64,000 nt of DNA from Tubiluchus corallicola (taxonomy: Eukaryota; Animalia; Priapulida): contig JAQGDQ010000347.1 in the NCBI GenBank assembly GCA_030141605.1, positions 64,759 to 128,758 on the forward strand. Direction: 5' to 3'. The notes under the pieces are model-generated. The model saw only the letters and a list, made by a program, of their open reading frames with translations. It did not search any database and was not told where the DNA came from. Below, piece by piece: positions 20,968 to 32,644 of the stretch. The translations under genes were made by a program, and so were the position numbers. Positions within the stretch are counted from its first letter, which is position 1, and each line of letters starts with the position of its first letter.

Positions 20968-22482
20968 ATGAGACTTGTAACACTGTTTCTTACTCAAAAA
21001 ACTTTGTTGAGAACACCCAGTAATATTAGAAAACATATAAGCATTACTATTTCTCTTCTCTTATTTTCTTTGCATGCCTTAACTTCAAACAGACCTAACG
21101 TCTTATTTATCTGCGTAGATGACCTTCGTGCAGAACTTGGATGTTATGGGAGCTCGCATATCCATTCTCCAAATCTCGATAAACTGGCTGGCGAAGGCTT
21201 TTTGTTCACAAACCATTTTGTAAATATTCCAACCTGTGGAGCATCGCGCCACTGCTTGCTAACTGGGCAGTTACCTATATCTATTAATCACCTGAAAAAT
21301 AGCATTACTGCTGAAACAACATCTAAGCAGAAGGAAAAAGAAGTTCCTGAAACGTTCATCCACCACTTTAAACGCAATGGTTACTATACTGTAGGTATTG
21401 GAAAAATCAGCCATCACCCGGATGGATTACTTTATGGATACATGGAACCTAAAAGTGATATACCAGAGCTTCCATATAGTTGGGATGAAATGCTGCTCGA
21501 TGATGAAAAATGGGGCTCAGGGCATAATGCTTTTTTTGGTTATGTCGATGGCACAAACAGAAATGCCCGAAACAGAGAAGTTAAACCTTATGAGTGTGCT
21601 GATGTGGAAGATGAAGCATACCCTGATGGTTTGATTACAAAGCTAGCTATTAAAAAACTGAATGAGTTAAAAGAACGAAACCAACCCTTTTTTCTTGGTG
21701 TCGGATTTTTTAAACCACATCTTCCTTTTAATGCTCCCAAAAAGTACTGGGATCTATACGACGAAAATAAATTGCCATTAGCTCCTTTTGCCGGCATTCC
21801 TGAAAAATCATCAAAAGCAAGATTGCACGGTAGCAATGAGCTTAACGGATATAAAAAAGGAACAGAAAAAGCATCTTTAAATGCTCCGGTTTCTGACCAA
21901 TATGCCAGAAAATTGCGCCATGCATATTATGCTTGTGTGAGCTACGTGGACACTCAAATTGGGAAAGTGATCTCCGAGCTCAACCGTCTGGACTTGGCAG
22001 ATAATACCATAATCATTGTGTGGGGCGACCACGGTTGGCACCTAGGCGATCATTTGGTGTGGGGAAAACATACCATTTTTGAATGGGCATTAAAAAGTGC
22101 TTTCATCATGAAAGCTCCGGACAAAAAAGGTGGAAAAACAATTGAAAAGATTGTAAGTACAACCGATATTTATCCAACTTTGATGGAACTTTGTGACATA
22201 GAAACAACACACTCACTTGATGGGGAAAGCCTGGCAAACCTTCTGATAAGCCCTCACGAAGAATCTTGGAGGAATACAGCATATAGCTATTTCCGCAGTG
22301 GAATTTCACTACGTACCGACCGGTATAGGCTTAATGGATATTTCAAGGGGGAAACGCCTGTTTTTGAATTGTATGACCATTTAAAAGATCCATACGAAAC
22401 AAAAAATATTGCTGCAAAAAAGCCAGAAGTTGTAGAACAACTTCTACCGCTGTGGGAAAAAGGAAACACAGGGCTTTATTAG
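20968..22482 (+). CDS. S1 sulfatase (iduronate/choline sulfatase-like)
   Basis: PNVLFICVDDLR, CGASR formylglycine motif, GKISH, KPHLPF, WGDHGWHLG; true start may lie slightly downstream. Confidence 0.9.
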   Translation: MRLVTLFLTQKTLLRTPSNIRKHISITISLLLFSLHALTSNRPNVLFICVDDLRAELGCYGSSHIHSPNLDKLAGEGFLFTNHFVNIPTCGASRHCLLTGQLPISINHLKNSITAETTSKQKEKEVPETFIHHFKRNGYYTVGIGKISHHPDGLLYGYMEPKSDIPELPYSWDEMLLDDEKWGSGHNAFFGYVDGTNRNARNREVKPYECADVEDEAYPDGLITKLAIKKLNELKERNQPFFLGVGFFKPHLPFNAPKKYWDLYDENKLPLAPFAGIPEKSSKARLHGSNELNGYKKGTEKASLNAPVSDQYARKLRHAYYACVSYVDTQIGKVISELNRLDLADNTIIIVWGDHGWHLGDHLVWGKHTIFEWALKSAFIMKAPDKKGGKTIEKIVSTTDIYPTLMELCDIETTHSLDGESLANLLISPHEESWRNTAYSYFRSGISLRTDRYRLNGYFKGETPVFELYDHLKDPYETKNIAAKKPEVVEQLLPLWEKGNTGLY

Positions 22483-22943
22483 AAGTTAAGTAGTTATTTT
22501 AAACACATGAAAATATTTGACATTACTATGCACTGCTTTATTTCTCACATGTTGTACTAATGAAAAAATAAGCAATAAAAAAAATGTCCTCCTTATCACA
22601 TCTGATGATAAAGACTTTGGTTTTTACGGCTATAAATACCCGAAAACTTCTCACCTTGACCAGTTGGTTTCCGCAAGTGACCGGACATAAGTAGTTTTTA
22701 TGCCGCTCCTCTGCACTACTACCCTTTTGAACATTATAACAGAAATATGACAATATGGCTTAATGGCAAGGCAATCATCACTAAATATTTCAGGAAGTCC
22801 ACACCACAGCCAATTTTAACAAGGTAGCACCTGGGAGATAATGCATCTTTCCACCAACTGATCAGAATTTTGATATTAGCATCGAGTGGGAGATGGTATC
22901 GATCACTTGACCAGTATTACTATGATGGTCAACAACAAACCAA

Positions 22944-25772
22944 TCATTTAAACTTCGTTTCTGTTGCCCTATCCACCAAATAAAATATGGATTGATAGAT
23001 AAGTCCACTATGAAGTGATAACCCAATCTCACATGTGCGACTAGTACTGTAGCCCGCCACTGCCTGCTCAGGCACCTCCTCTTTGAGATAGCGTAAAGCA
23101 CTTTTATTTAACTCCGGCAAGCTAAAACCTTTATCACCAGCCCATCCACAACAGCCCGTCATTTTGGGACTAACTACTTCACCTGCACACAATTTAGCTA
23201 CATCTATCAACTTTTCATCCAAACCCATTTTAGTTGTACTGCAGGTAGCATGTACCATCACTGTCTCGCTCTGTTTCGTAAACTGAAGCCTGCCCCTTAA
23301 ATAACTCCATGTAAACTCTATTGGCTCATAAAACTTCAGGCGCTTATCCATCAGCTCTTTCATACGTAGTGTGCAAGGGCTCATATCACACAAAACCGGA
23401 TAGCTGCCATTATCCGATATCTCTAATAAAGCCAACTCCAACTCTTGCAACTTCATCATCCCCTGCCTTTTAAAACCTTTACTGTCAAAAGCCATTCCAC
23501 AACAAAGGCTTTTAAGACCCTTGGGGTATAAAACTTCATACCCGGCTTTATTAACCAATCTTTTAATAACACTTGTCAAAGCTTCTTTCTCCTTAACATT
23601 AGTGCCATTGCCCATCACCCGGTTAATGCAGGCCGGGAAATACACCACCTTATCACCTGATGAAATAACCGAAGTTGTATCAACCCGAGCAGCACCGGAC
23701 GGCACATATCTATTCCATAATGGAATACTCCTTCCTGAAACCTTATGTAACAATCGACTACCTCCCCTCATCAAAGGTTGAGACAGCACTTTTTGCATTG
23801 TAGCTGCCAAGCTTAACGCACCTCTAACAATCGCATTAAAACCCCCATAATGATTGGCAATACGAGAGGCTATACTATTTGATAAACCTCCTGCTTTATC
23901 ATAGCGCAACTCTGTAATTAACTTGCCAGTGTTAATATCAACTGGGCAGCTAAGTGCGCACAAACCATCAGTTGCACAACTCTCCTCCCCTTTATAATTA
24001 AATGCTTTGCGCAATAATCGGTAACTCTTTTTAGAAATACCTCTCTGACTAGAATTTAGGGCGCGATAAACAACAATGCGCTGTCTCGGGGTCAACGTAA
24101 GATCACGTGAAGGACAACTACTTTCACAGAAACCACACTCAATGCACTTATCAACAATAGGGTGCACTTGTGGCAGCGGTTTGATACTCTTTATATAAAC
24201 CTCATAATCACTATTAATCAACACTCCCGGATTAAGAATATTTTCAGGGTCAAAAGACCTCTTAATCCTCTTCATCAATTGATAAATATCACTACCCCAC
24301 TCATACTCCACAAAAGGGGCCATATTACGCCCGGTACCATGTTCAGCCTTCAGACTGCCATTAAAACGATTAACAACCAAATCTGCCAAATCATGCATAA
24401 AAGCCTTGTAGTTATCCATCTGCCAAACCTGCTTAAAATCGGGCATTATTAAAAAGTGAATATTCCCATCAAGCAGGTGCCCCCATATCACAGAGCTTTG
24501 ATAGTGGCGCTTATCAAGCAAACTCCGTAAAGCTGGTAAGGCCTCGTCAAGTACCTCTCCCGGAAACGCAACATCCTCTATAATACAGGTTGTGCCAGAC
24601 GGGCGAGTGGCTGCTGCAGACGCAAACAGCCCTTTTCGTACTTTCCAGAGAATATTATAATCTTTTGAGTCATCTGTAAACTCAATCGGATAAAGCGTCT
24701 CTATATAAAAAAGCTTATTAACAATTTCCTCTTTTTGAGCCATCAGCCCCTCTCTGGTGTGAGCAGTCATTTCCACTAACAAGGCAGCTGTACCCTTCTG
24801 CAACTCTTTTAATCGTGATGGCAACCCTTCAATATCTTCTACAGCACGTAAAGCATTTCTATCCATCAGCTCAGCAGCACTCACCCTGCAGCTTCTCAGC
24901 GAAATAATGCATTTAGCAGCTTCCACAATATCAGGGAAAAATATCAATGCACATGTTTTACTGGGGTGATCTTCGATGGTACGCATGGTTACCTCAGAAA
25001 TAAAGCCCAGGGTGCCTTCTGAACCGATCATCAAATGCATTAAAATATCAATCGGGTCATCAAAATCAACAAAAGAATTCATGCCATAACCCGTTGTGTT
25101 CTTTAACCGATACTTGGCCTTAATCTTTTCAGAAACCACTTCACTTGAACTTATTTCTTGCTTAATCTCAACAATATCCCGTAGTAATTGCGAATGGCTC
25201 TTCTCAAAGCTGCTCCTGCTGTCTTTATCATCTGTAACCAACAGGCTGCCATCATGCATTACTATGCGCATCGCTTCAACAGTATTATAGCTATTGGTAG
25301 CAATTCCATAGCTGGCACCGCTGGCGTTATTAGCAACAATACCCCCAACTTTGGCTGCGTTGACAGACGCCGGAGCAGGCCCTATCTTATAGCCATATTC
25401 AGACAGTTGCATATTGGCAAAACCTCCCCTTACTCCAGGCTGAAGCTTTATTCGCTTACCTTCATCCCGTATCTCATATCTATTAAAATAAGGACCTGTC
25501 TCAATAAGCACCGAATCTGTAATGGTTTGGCCTGATAAACTGGTACCACCGGCCTTAAAAGTTATCGATATTTTAAACTGATGCGCTGCCTTTAGCACCG
25601 ACCTAAGCTCATTTTCACTATTCACCTGCACTACCAGAAGTGGGATCATGCGATAAAAACCGGCATCAGAACCCTTAGCAAAACGGTCAATATAATCAGT
25701 GAAAACCTGCTTGACTCCCAGCAAGTGCGTAACACTCTCCCTAAACCCGGTAATATCTCTCTTAATATTCAT
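22944..25772 (-). CDS. FAD- and Fe-S-binding D-lactate dehydrogenase (Dld-II type)
   Basis: GGTSLSGQ FAD motif, GSEGTLG, SLKAEHGTGRNMAPF, CIECGFCESSCP, two CCG domains. Confidence 0.85.
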   Translation of the reverse strand: MNIKRDITGFRESVTHLLGVKQVFTDYIDRFAKGSDAGFYRMIPLLVVQVNSENELRSVLKAAHQFKISITFKAGGTSLSGQTITDSVLIETGPYFNRYEIRDEGKRIKLQPGVRGGFANMQLSEYGYKIGPAPASVNAAKVGGIVANNASGASYGIATNSYNTVEAMRIVMHDGSLLVTDDKDSRSSFEKSHSQLLRDIVEIKQEISSSEVVSEKIKAKYRLKNTTGYGMNSFVDFDDPIDILMHLMIGSEGTLGFISEVTMRTIEDHPSKTCALIFFPDIVEAAKCIISLRSCRVSAAELMDRNALRAVEDIEGLPSRLKELQKGTAALLVEMTAHTREGLMAQKEEIVNKLFYIETLYPIEFTDDSKDYNILWKVRKGLFASAAATRPSGTTCIIEDVAFPGEVLDEALPALRSLLDKRHYQSSVIWGHLLDGNIHFLIMPDFKQVWQMDNYKAFMHDLADLVVNRFNGSLKAEHGTGRNMAPFVEYEWGSDIYQLMKRIKRSFDPENILNPGVLINSDYEVYIKSIKPLPQVHPIVDKCIECGFCESSCPSRDLTLTPRQRIVVYRALNSSQRGISKKSYRLLRKAFNYKGEESCATDGLCALSCPVDINTGKLITELRYDKAGGLSNSIASRIANHYGGFNAIVRGALSLAATMQKVLSQPLMRGGSRLLHKVSGRSIPLWNRYVPSGAARVDTTSVISSGDKVVYFPACINRVMGNGTNVKEKEALTSVIKRLVNKAGYEVLYPKGLKSLCCGMAFDSKGFKRQGMMKLQELELALLEISDNGSYPVLCDMSPCTLRMKELMDKRLKFYEPIEFTWSYLRGRLQFTKQSETVMVHATCSTTKMGLDEKLIDVAKLCAGEVVSPKMTGCCGWAGDKGFSLPELNKSALRYLKEEVPEQAVAGYSTSRTCEIGLSLHSGLIYQSIFYLVDRATETKFK

Positions 25773-25968
25773 TCTCCACTTCACTAATAACTCTAAAGCT
25801 TTTTTCCCTGTTAATTGATAAGCACCAGAAATGCAATACTGTAAACACTAACCCTGAACTTTCACCCTGATTAAACATACTGTTAAGCCCAAACCAGACA
25901 TTTAAACCAAAACCTCTTATCTAATAACGCTGCAAGCACCTGTAAATCAACTATCTTATGCCATTCGC

Positions 25969-26040
25969 CATGTATGTCAAAATTAAAAATTGTTTTAGCC
26001 AAAAACAAACAATAACTGTGCGTTATAAACATATATGACA
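25969..26040. promoter_or_regulatory. Two candidate GntR/FadR operator sites
   Basis: CATGTATGTCA (25969) and CATATATGACA (26030) in the divergent dld/namZ intergenic region; same motif at 40351. Confidence 0.45.
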
Positions 26041-26399
26041 CTTTAATAATATATAGTGCACTCTTCAATAAAATCAGCCTACAACAACCAATTAGAAGTA
26101 CCTAAATGACAATACCTGTGATTGCAACACACTCCCATCACCTCATAATAAATAGACCCACTGTGTCAGAATTTCCGTAAGTTGCCTCTGTGGGGGCATT
26201 TTTCAGCAACACAGACAGAACAAATACAGTCACATAAAAATAGAGGTAAATTAAGAGTAGTGATAAAACCTCTTACATAATATTTGTGCTGTTAATTGAA
26301 AAACAAAAATTAGAACCTATATTTGTGTTACATATTCACAAACACATTATCCGGAATCGAACTTTCAAACCCGATCTATCAACTGACAGAAAAATTAAA

Positions 26400-27632
26400 A
26401 TGAAACAAGCCTTGGTTTTTGTCATACTAACTCTTACTACCGGTTTAGCATTGGGACAAAATGTAAAAACCGGCATAGAAGTACTACAGGAAACCAACTT
26501 CAAAGCACTTAAAGGCAAACGAGTCGGGTTAATTACCAATCCAACAGGTGCAAACAGTAAGCTTGAATCTACAATTGATATTTTATTTAACGCAGATGAA
26601 GTTAACTTAATAGCTTTATACGGGCCGGAACATGGAGTAAGAGGAGATTACTACGCAGGCGATTTTGTAGAGTCCTTTATCGACCCCAAAACTCAATTGC
26701 CGGTTTACAGTCTATATGGCGATAATAAAAAACCCAATGCCGATATGCTAAAAGGCATCGACCTCCTAATCTATGATATTCAGGATATAGGTTCACGCTC
26801 TTACACCTATATCAGCACCTTAGGCCTGGCTATGGAAGCTGCAGCTGAGAACAACATTAAAATGATTGTGCTGGACCGGCCAAACCCTCTCGGTGGAGAA
26901 AAAATGGAAGGCTTAATTACTGAACCGGATTTTATTTCATTCGTCAGTCAATTTCCAATACCTTATGTACATGGACTAACAGTAGGTGAATTAGCACTAT
27001 TTCTAAACGGTGAAAAACTCTTAAAAGATGGTATTCAATGTAGCCTGGAGGTTATCACAATGACAAACTGGCAACGCTCCATGACTTTTGAAGAAACAGG
27101 CCTTCCCTGGATACCATCATCTCCTCATATTCCACACGCACACTCCTCTTACTTTTACCCGGTGAGTGGTATACTAGGTGAACTGTACGTATACAACATT
27201 GGTGTTGGTTACACACTACCATTTCAGGTATTTGCGGCAGAATGGATTGATGCAAGCAGCCTGGCAATTAGACTTAACAACTTAAATATTGAAGGTGTGA
27301 CTTTTCGTCCCGTTCACTTTAAACCTTACTACAGCGTCTCAAAAGGAAAGATGGTGCATGGTGTTCAGGTACACTTTAACAACTATCACAAAGCACCTCT
27401 CTCACTAATTCAATTCTATGTACTTCAAGAAGCCTATAAACTATGGCCTGAACATAATGTATTTGAATTATGTGATAAGTCACGATTAAGCATGTTTGAT
27501 AAAGTGAGTGGAAGCGATCGGGTAAGAGCGGCATTTACCAAGCGCTGGATGGTGAAAGATATCAAAAAAATGTGGTATAAGGACATTAGTAACTTTAAAA
27601 AGAGAGCAAGAAAATATCTCCTGTACAGATAA
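26400..27632 (+). CDS. namZ: Exo-beta-N-acetylmuramidase NamZ (DUF1343/YbbC)
   Basis: Signal peptide; GLITNPTG, PEHGVRG, DIQDIGSRSYTY, LDRPNP, HGLTVGE, WIPSSPHIP. Confidence 0.9.
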   Translation: MKQALVFVILTLTTGLALGQNVKTGIEVLQETNFKALKGKRVGLITNPTGANSKLESTIDILFNADEVNLIALYGPEHGVRGDYYAGDFVESFIDPKTQLPVYSLYGDNKKPNADMLKGIDLLIYDIQDIGSRSYTYISTLGLAMEAAAENNIKMIVLDRPNPLGGEKMEGLITEPDFISFVSQFPIPYVHGLTVGELALFLNGEKLLKDGIQCSLEVITMTNWQRSMTFEETGLPWIPSSPHIPHAHSSYFYPVSGILGELYVYNIGVGYTLPFQVFAAEWIDASSLAIRLNNLNIEGVTFRPVHFKPYYSVSKGKMVHGVQVHFNNYHKAPLSLIQFYVLQEAYKLWPEHNVFELCDKSRLSMFDKVSGSDRVRAAFTKRWMVKDIKKMWYKDISNFKKRARKYLLYR

Positions 27633-27794
27633 ACGAAACCTCTGCAAAACTCACCAGTAATTCGTTCCCAAGAAATCTAGCAACACAACATTGCAGTTTT
27701 CTCTTATCATAAACACAACAGCGCTATCCCTATTTACAAACAGAAAAAACGAGAATACTAAAAAATATAGCCTTCACCCTGCAAATAACTACTA

Positions 27795-29627
27795 TCACTC
27801 AGCCTTTTTAATACCAAACGAAGGGTCGATCTTAAGAAAACGAATAACCAAGAAGCCGGGAATAGTACAAATCATTACCCATATAAAAAAACTCTGGTAC
27901 CCAATAATCTCCTGCAACCAGCCGGATACCATTCCCGGAATCATCATCCCTAATGCCATTAAACCTGAACAGATGGCATAATGAGCGGTCTTACTCTTGC
28001 CTTCTGAAAAATATATAAGATACAGCATATAAGCTGTAAAGCCAAACCCATACCCAAATTGCTCAACAGCTACGCTGCAGGCTATAAGCCACATGCTCTC
28101 TGGAGTGAAATATGACAAATAAACATAGGTTAAATTTGGCAGATTTATTGCCATCGTCATCCACCAAATCCAATACTTCAAACCATTGCGTGATGCTAGC
28201 CAGCCCCCTACAATTCCTCCAAAAGTTAAAAAAATGATGCCAATAGTGCCGTAAACCAAACCTACATCACCGGTTGTTAACCCCAATCCACCAACTTCAC
28301 GAGCATCCAGTAAAAATGGTGACGCTAGCTTCACCAACTGGCTTTCACCCAGCCTAAACACTAAAATAAAGAGAATGCCAACACCAAAATTCTCCTTTTT
28401 GAAAAATGACACAAAAGTTTTGCCAAACTCTTTTATCATGTTTTTACCTTCTGCCGCAGGCTTATCTGCAACCGGACGCGGCAAAAAGAAGCGGTGATAA
28501 ATAAGAAATACCACAAATAGTGCTGCCAGCACAAAAAATGTAACTGACCATGCAAAAGGAATATTACCAGATAAGCCACGGAAGCTCCCAGACGTAACAG
28601 CATTTAACTTAGGGTCGGCTTGTACCAGTACCCACGCTTGCTTATCCCAGTTACCACTATTGAAAACCAATCGCTGCCCTTCCACCAATGATAAATCTTT
28701 AGCCCCCTTGTAGCGGTCGAAATTCAGAACAACTACCTCTCCATCGCCTGGCGCAGCTGATAATTGCAGCCCAAGCACCGCAATATTACCTTGAACAGCT
28801 CCTTTGAACGAAACATCATCTACCTTGCCAAACTTCTCTTTTAAGAAGCCTTTTAAAGGGATAGACACTGTCGCTGACCACCATCCCGGCTCAGCAACAG
28901 ACTTCCCTCCCTGTACAACAAAGCCATTTATAATATTTTGCTGATGTGCCCAGCTCTTTAGTGAATCAGCTTCACCTTTTTGAAGCTGATTAACCCCCAA
29001 TGTAAAATCCTCAGATGTTAACACAAAGCGCAACTTACCTCTCTCCCTTACACCCACATTACCTTCCGGTATTTTCCATCGAGTAGGCTCAACTTGGGTG
29101 GTCACATTAAACTCTACCGGCTCCAATCCGGTTGACGACTCAATTGCCCCCGCAAGTATAATTAAAAGCCCTTGCCCGGTAATCATCGCTAAGCGGTAGA
29201 AAGTACTACGAATACCAATAAAATAGGCTTGCTTATGCTCATCCAAATCGAGCATATAAAAACCATCGGCAGCAATATCGTGCGTAGCTGAACTAAAAGC
29301 CAAAAGCCAAAAAAACATGAGTGTATACTGAAAAAAACCCGGAACAGGAATGGTTAAAGCCACACCGCCCAATCCTGCTCCAATAAATAACTGCATTGCC
29401 ACAATCCACCAACGCTTGGTCTTAAGCAGGTCTACAACCGGGCTCCACATCCATTTGACCACCCATGGCAAATAGAGCCAGCTGGTATACAACGCAATAT
29501 CTGAATTAGAAATTCCCAGACGCTTGTACATAATTACCGAAACAGTCATAACCACAACGTAGGGAATACCTTCAGCAAAATATAATGAGGGCACCCAGGC
29601 CCATGGAGATGTAGACTTTTGTCTCAT
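27795..29627 (-). CDS. ampG: AmpG-family muropeptide MFS permease with ~190-aa insertion
   Basis: LYFAEGIPY, LPWVVKWMWSPVVD, SATHDIAADG, GYGFGFTAY. Confidence 0.88.
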   Translation of the reverse strand: MRQKSTSPWAWVPSLYFAEGIPYVVVMTVSVIMYKRLGISNSDIALYTSWLYLPWVVKWMWSPVVDLLKTKRWWIVAMQLFIGAGLGGVALTIPVPGFFQYTLMFFWLLAFSSATHDIAADGFYMLDLDEHKQAYFIGIRSTFYRLAMITGQGLLIILAGAIESSTGLEPVEFNVTTQVEPTRWKIPEGNVGVRERGKLRFVLTSEDFTLGVNQLQKGEADSLKSWAHQQNIINGFVVQGGKSVAEPGWWSATVSIPLKGFLKEKFGKVDDVSFKGAVQGNIAVLGLQLSAAPGDGEVVVLNFDRYKGAKDLSLVEGQRLVFNSGNWDKQAWVLVQADPKLNAVTSGSFRGLSGNIPFAWSVTFFVLAALFVVFLIYHRFFLPRPVADKPAAEGKNMIKEFGKTFVSFFKKENFGVGILFILVFRLGESQLVKLASPFLLDAREVGGLGLTTGDVGLVYGTIGIIFLTFGGIVGGWLASRNGLKYWIWWMTMAINLPNLTYVYLSYFTPESMWLIACSVAVEQFGYGFGFTAYMLYLIYFSEGKSKTAHYAICSGLMALGMMIPGMVSGWLQEIIGYQSFFIWVMICTIPGFLVIRFLKIDPSFGIKKAE

Positions 29628-29744
29628 TATTGTTTAAATTTAGTTCGAATCCGACACACAGAGCACAAAGTTTATATCTGTAATTATCAAGAATGCACTT
29701 AACCCATATAAACTAGTAGAAACAGGGCTTCAATATGCTATCTG

Positions 29745-31076
29745 TTAATACATTTTCTTCAATTCAGCCCCTCTAAAATAGTGCATTAAGATAGCATTAT
29801 AAGCATACCCTTTGGCTCCCATAACGGCAGCTCCAATCTGGCAAAGCCCAACACCATGACCCCACCCGGCACCTTTTAAAACAAAAACTACCTCACCATT
29901 TACCTCCCCTTTCTCTATGATAAAAGCTGAACTGTAAAGATGTGAGGCCGATAACGCCTTTCTAATCTCCAACTCCTTACCAATGGTCAGAACCTTTTTA
30001 TCTCCGACAATCTTTAGCTTTATTAAACGACCTGAAGCACCTCGCTCAACAGGAACCATCTCCTGAATAGTCCCAAAATCAAAACCGGTGCGCCTTTTTA
30101 CCAACTCACTTACCTCCCTCTGCGTGTACTCTACCTCCCAGCGATAAAAATCATTAGTCTCCTGATCATAATCATTTAACACCTGACTCAACACCTCCTT
30201 ACTATCAGTATTACAAAAGGTGTCCGGTGAACCAAGTATCCATTTCTTTGCATAGATCTCTTTTTTTAAATCAAGACTAAAACCTTCAGGATCTATATCA
30301 TTATCAACAAAAGCCTGCAAATATGGGTGCTCAACCGGCTCCCAAACATTCTCAAACTTCTCAACCATACCACCGCAACATTTGGAAAAACGCGCATCAC
30401 ATATAACATCACCGCTCATCAAAACCTCTCCCAATGTGGTACGCACAGCCTCCTCAACCTCAACAGTAGTAGAACGCGTAATGCCCTGGTAACGCTGGCA
30501 ATGATCATCAGCACAAACATCAAACATTTGATGATCCTCTCGGTCGTACCACTTAATAAACTCCGTATCAGTCTTATAAAGTGACTGATAGCACATATCA
30601 CTCCGCTGTAACGCTTTACTCTTTTTTATCTGTGCCAATAACCAGCTACGAGAAATAACCGCGTGTGCTTTAAGCAATTCTAATGATGATGTTGCACTCA
30701 TCTCGGAAGAAATAACACTCATCAGGTAATCTTCAACTGGCAACACATTAATAACTACTACCTTTTCATTATCAACCAATAACTTCAACCCACCATAAAA
30801 AGATTGATCCTCTCTGCGCTCCCAGTGAAAATTAATTCCGATTGTCACATCATGTAAAATAAAATATGCAGCTTCGCTTACGGGGTTTATTAAAATGCCC
30901 GAAGCTAAAGCTGTTGACCCACTACCATCAGATAAACTAAGCCCTCCATTGATGCAGGACACCCTACATTTACCTGTAAGCTTAACACCCGTGCCGGTTT
31001 CATACTGTCCGCGCAAAGTAAATCCAACTGTTTCTTTAAACTGAATACCTACTTGTATTACTGGTATATTTCCCAT
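29745..31076 (-). CDS. SpoIID/LytB-domain protein, no visible signal peptide
   Basis: EDYLMSVISSEM, LKAHAVISRS, CADDHCQRYQG, GWGHGVGLCQIGA, ILMHYF. Confidence 0.9.
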   Translation of the reverse strand: MGNIPVIQVGIQFKETVGFTLRGQYETGTGVKLTGKCRVSCINGGLSLSDGSGSTALASGILINPVSEAAYFILHDVTIGINFHWERREDQSFYGGLKLLVDNEKVVVINVLPVEDYLMSVISSEMSATSSLELLKAHAVISRSWLLAQIKKSKALQRSDMCYQSLYKTDTEFIKWYDREDHQMFDVCADDHCQRYQGITRSTTVEVEEAVRTTLGEVLMSGDVICDARFSKCCGGMVEKFENVWEPVEHPYLQAFVDNDIDPEGFSLDLKKEIYAKKWILGSPDTFCNTDSKEVLSQVLNDYDQETNDFYRWEVEYTQREVSELVKRRTGFDFGTIQEMVPVERGASGRLIKLKIVGDKKVLTIGKELEIRKALSASHLYSSAFIIEKGEVNGEVVFVLKGAGWGHGVGLCQIGAAVMGAKGYAYNAILMHYFRGAELKKMY

Positions 31077-31404
31077 AGCTTATTTAACTAAAAACACGAA
31101 GCCCAATATACAAAATTCGCTGTGGCTTATAATCGATCTTTTCACTTGTTATGAAGACTATGTGTTATACTTAATAAAAAACCAGATAATAATATACCTA
31201 ACCAACCCGGTGAAGAACTACCCCTTTGCTCCTACGACTAAAGCCGTAGACTAAGACAGCTGGGGTAAATAAATATGTAATTATCTAAATAACTAAGATA
31301 ACGTAATATTATCAATAGACAGGAAATCTGCTTGAGCAGGCACAAAATATCACTTACTGCACTACCTTAAAATAAAAATGTAAAACTCTGCGAAACAGAA
31401 AGAT

Positions 31405-31516
31405 ACAACCCTTAACATGTTTTGACAGAAAAATAAGCGAAAGGCAAAATGAAAAAAACCTTCTAGCTGTTTGAAATACGGAGGGTGAGAAGATAGCAAA
31501 ATCACCAGCGTAGCGC
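31405..31516 (+). repeat. Repeat family B, partial copy abutting truncated LRR gene
   Basis: CCCTTAACATGTTTTGACAGAAAAATAAGCGAAAGGC and GAGAAGATAGC match the 20331 copy. Confidence 0.55.
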
Positions 31517-32503
31517 TGTTCTGAGAACAACCTCACAAGCTTAAACTTGAGTAGCAATACAGATTTAGTGAATTTGAACTGCGAACAAAATGCTCTCACA
31601 AGTTTGGATATAAGTAACAATACGAATTTAAGTATTTTTTATTGTTATGATAATGCTCTCACAAGTTTGAATGTGAGTAATAACAAGGCTTTAAAGACTC
31701 TTGTCTGCTCTGATAATAATCTCACAAACTTGGATGTGAGTAACAATAAGGATTTGATGATTTTTGCTTGCGACAGGAACAATCTCACGAGCTTGGATGT
31801 AAGTAATAATACAAACTTAAGTACACTGCAGGTAGATGAAGATATAAAGTGTGAACCTTCTATTGTAGAGTTAAACCCTATCAATTGCATCTATTGGTAT
31901 TGGGATGAAACCCAAAGCCGTCCTATTAAATATCACCCTGCTGTGGACTGCCATACACCTGCTGCTCTTTTCTGGGTGCCAGATGATAATTTTAGAAATG
32001 AACTAAAAAAGATAGTTCCCAATGCTTTCACCCCCAAAGATAGCCTGATAGCATACCACCCAGACGTGTTGGCTGTTACTTCTATAGATGTGGACAAAAA
32101 AATATCACATCCTTAGATGGCGTACAATTCTTTACAGCTTTAGAAGAACTGCATTGCAATGAGAATAAACTCACAAGTTTGGATCTGAGTGATAACACAG
32201 CTCTAATCAGGCTGGAATGTAATAAAAACAATCTTGCGAGTCTGGATATGAGCGGGCTTACAGATTTAATGGTCTTGTGGTTAATCTCACAAGCTTGGAT
32301 CTTAGTAGCAATACTGCTTTACGTACCATATATTGCTCTAGTAACAATCTTACATGTCTGGATCTGCGTAATAATACTGATTTAATATCTTTGACCTGTA
32401 GAAAGAATAAGATCATTTATTTGAATACAAGTAATAGTACAAACTTATGGTCTCTACAGTGCGATCAAAACCGTCTCACTAGTCTGGATCTTAGTAACAA
32501 TAC

Positions 32504-32644
32504 AGCTATAGGGTCATTGCACTGTAATAACAACCATCTTGTAGAATTGGATGTGAGCAATAATACTTCTTTAAGGAATTTTATTTGTGATAATAATCAT
32601 CTCTCATATTTGGACCTTAGTAAGAATACTGCTCTAGGCTATTT
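32504..32644 (+). repeat. 141-bp direct repeat, left copy (IS1634 target duplication)
   Basis: Identical to 34292-34432 and abuts the IS left IR. Confidence 0.95.

Noticed and set aside
17006-22900. Integrative element at tRNA-Arg
   Set aside because: No integrase and no duplicated tRNA 3' end found.
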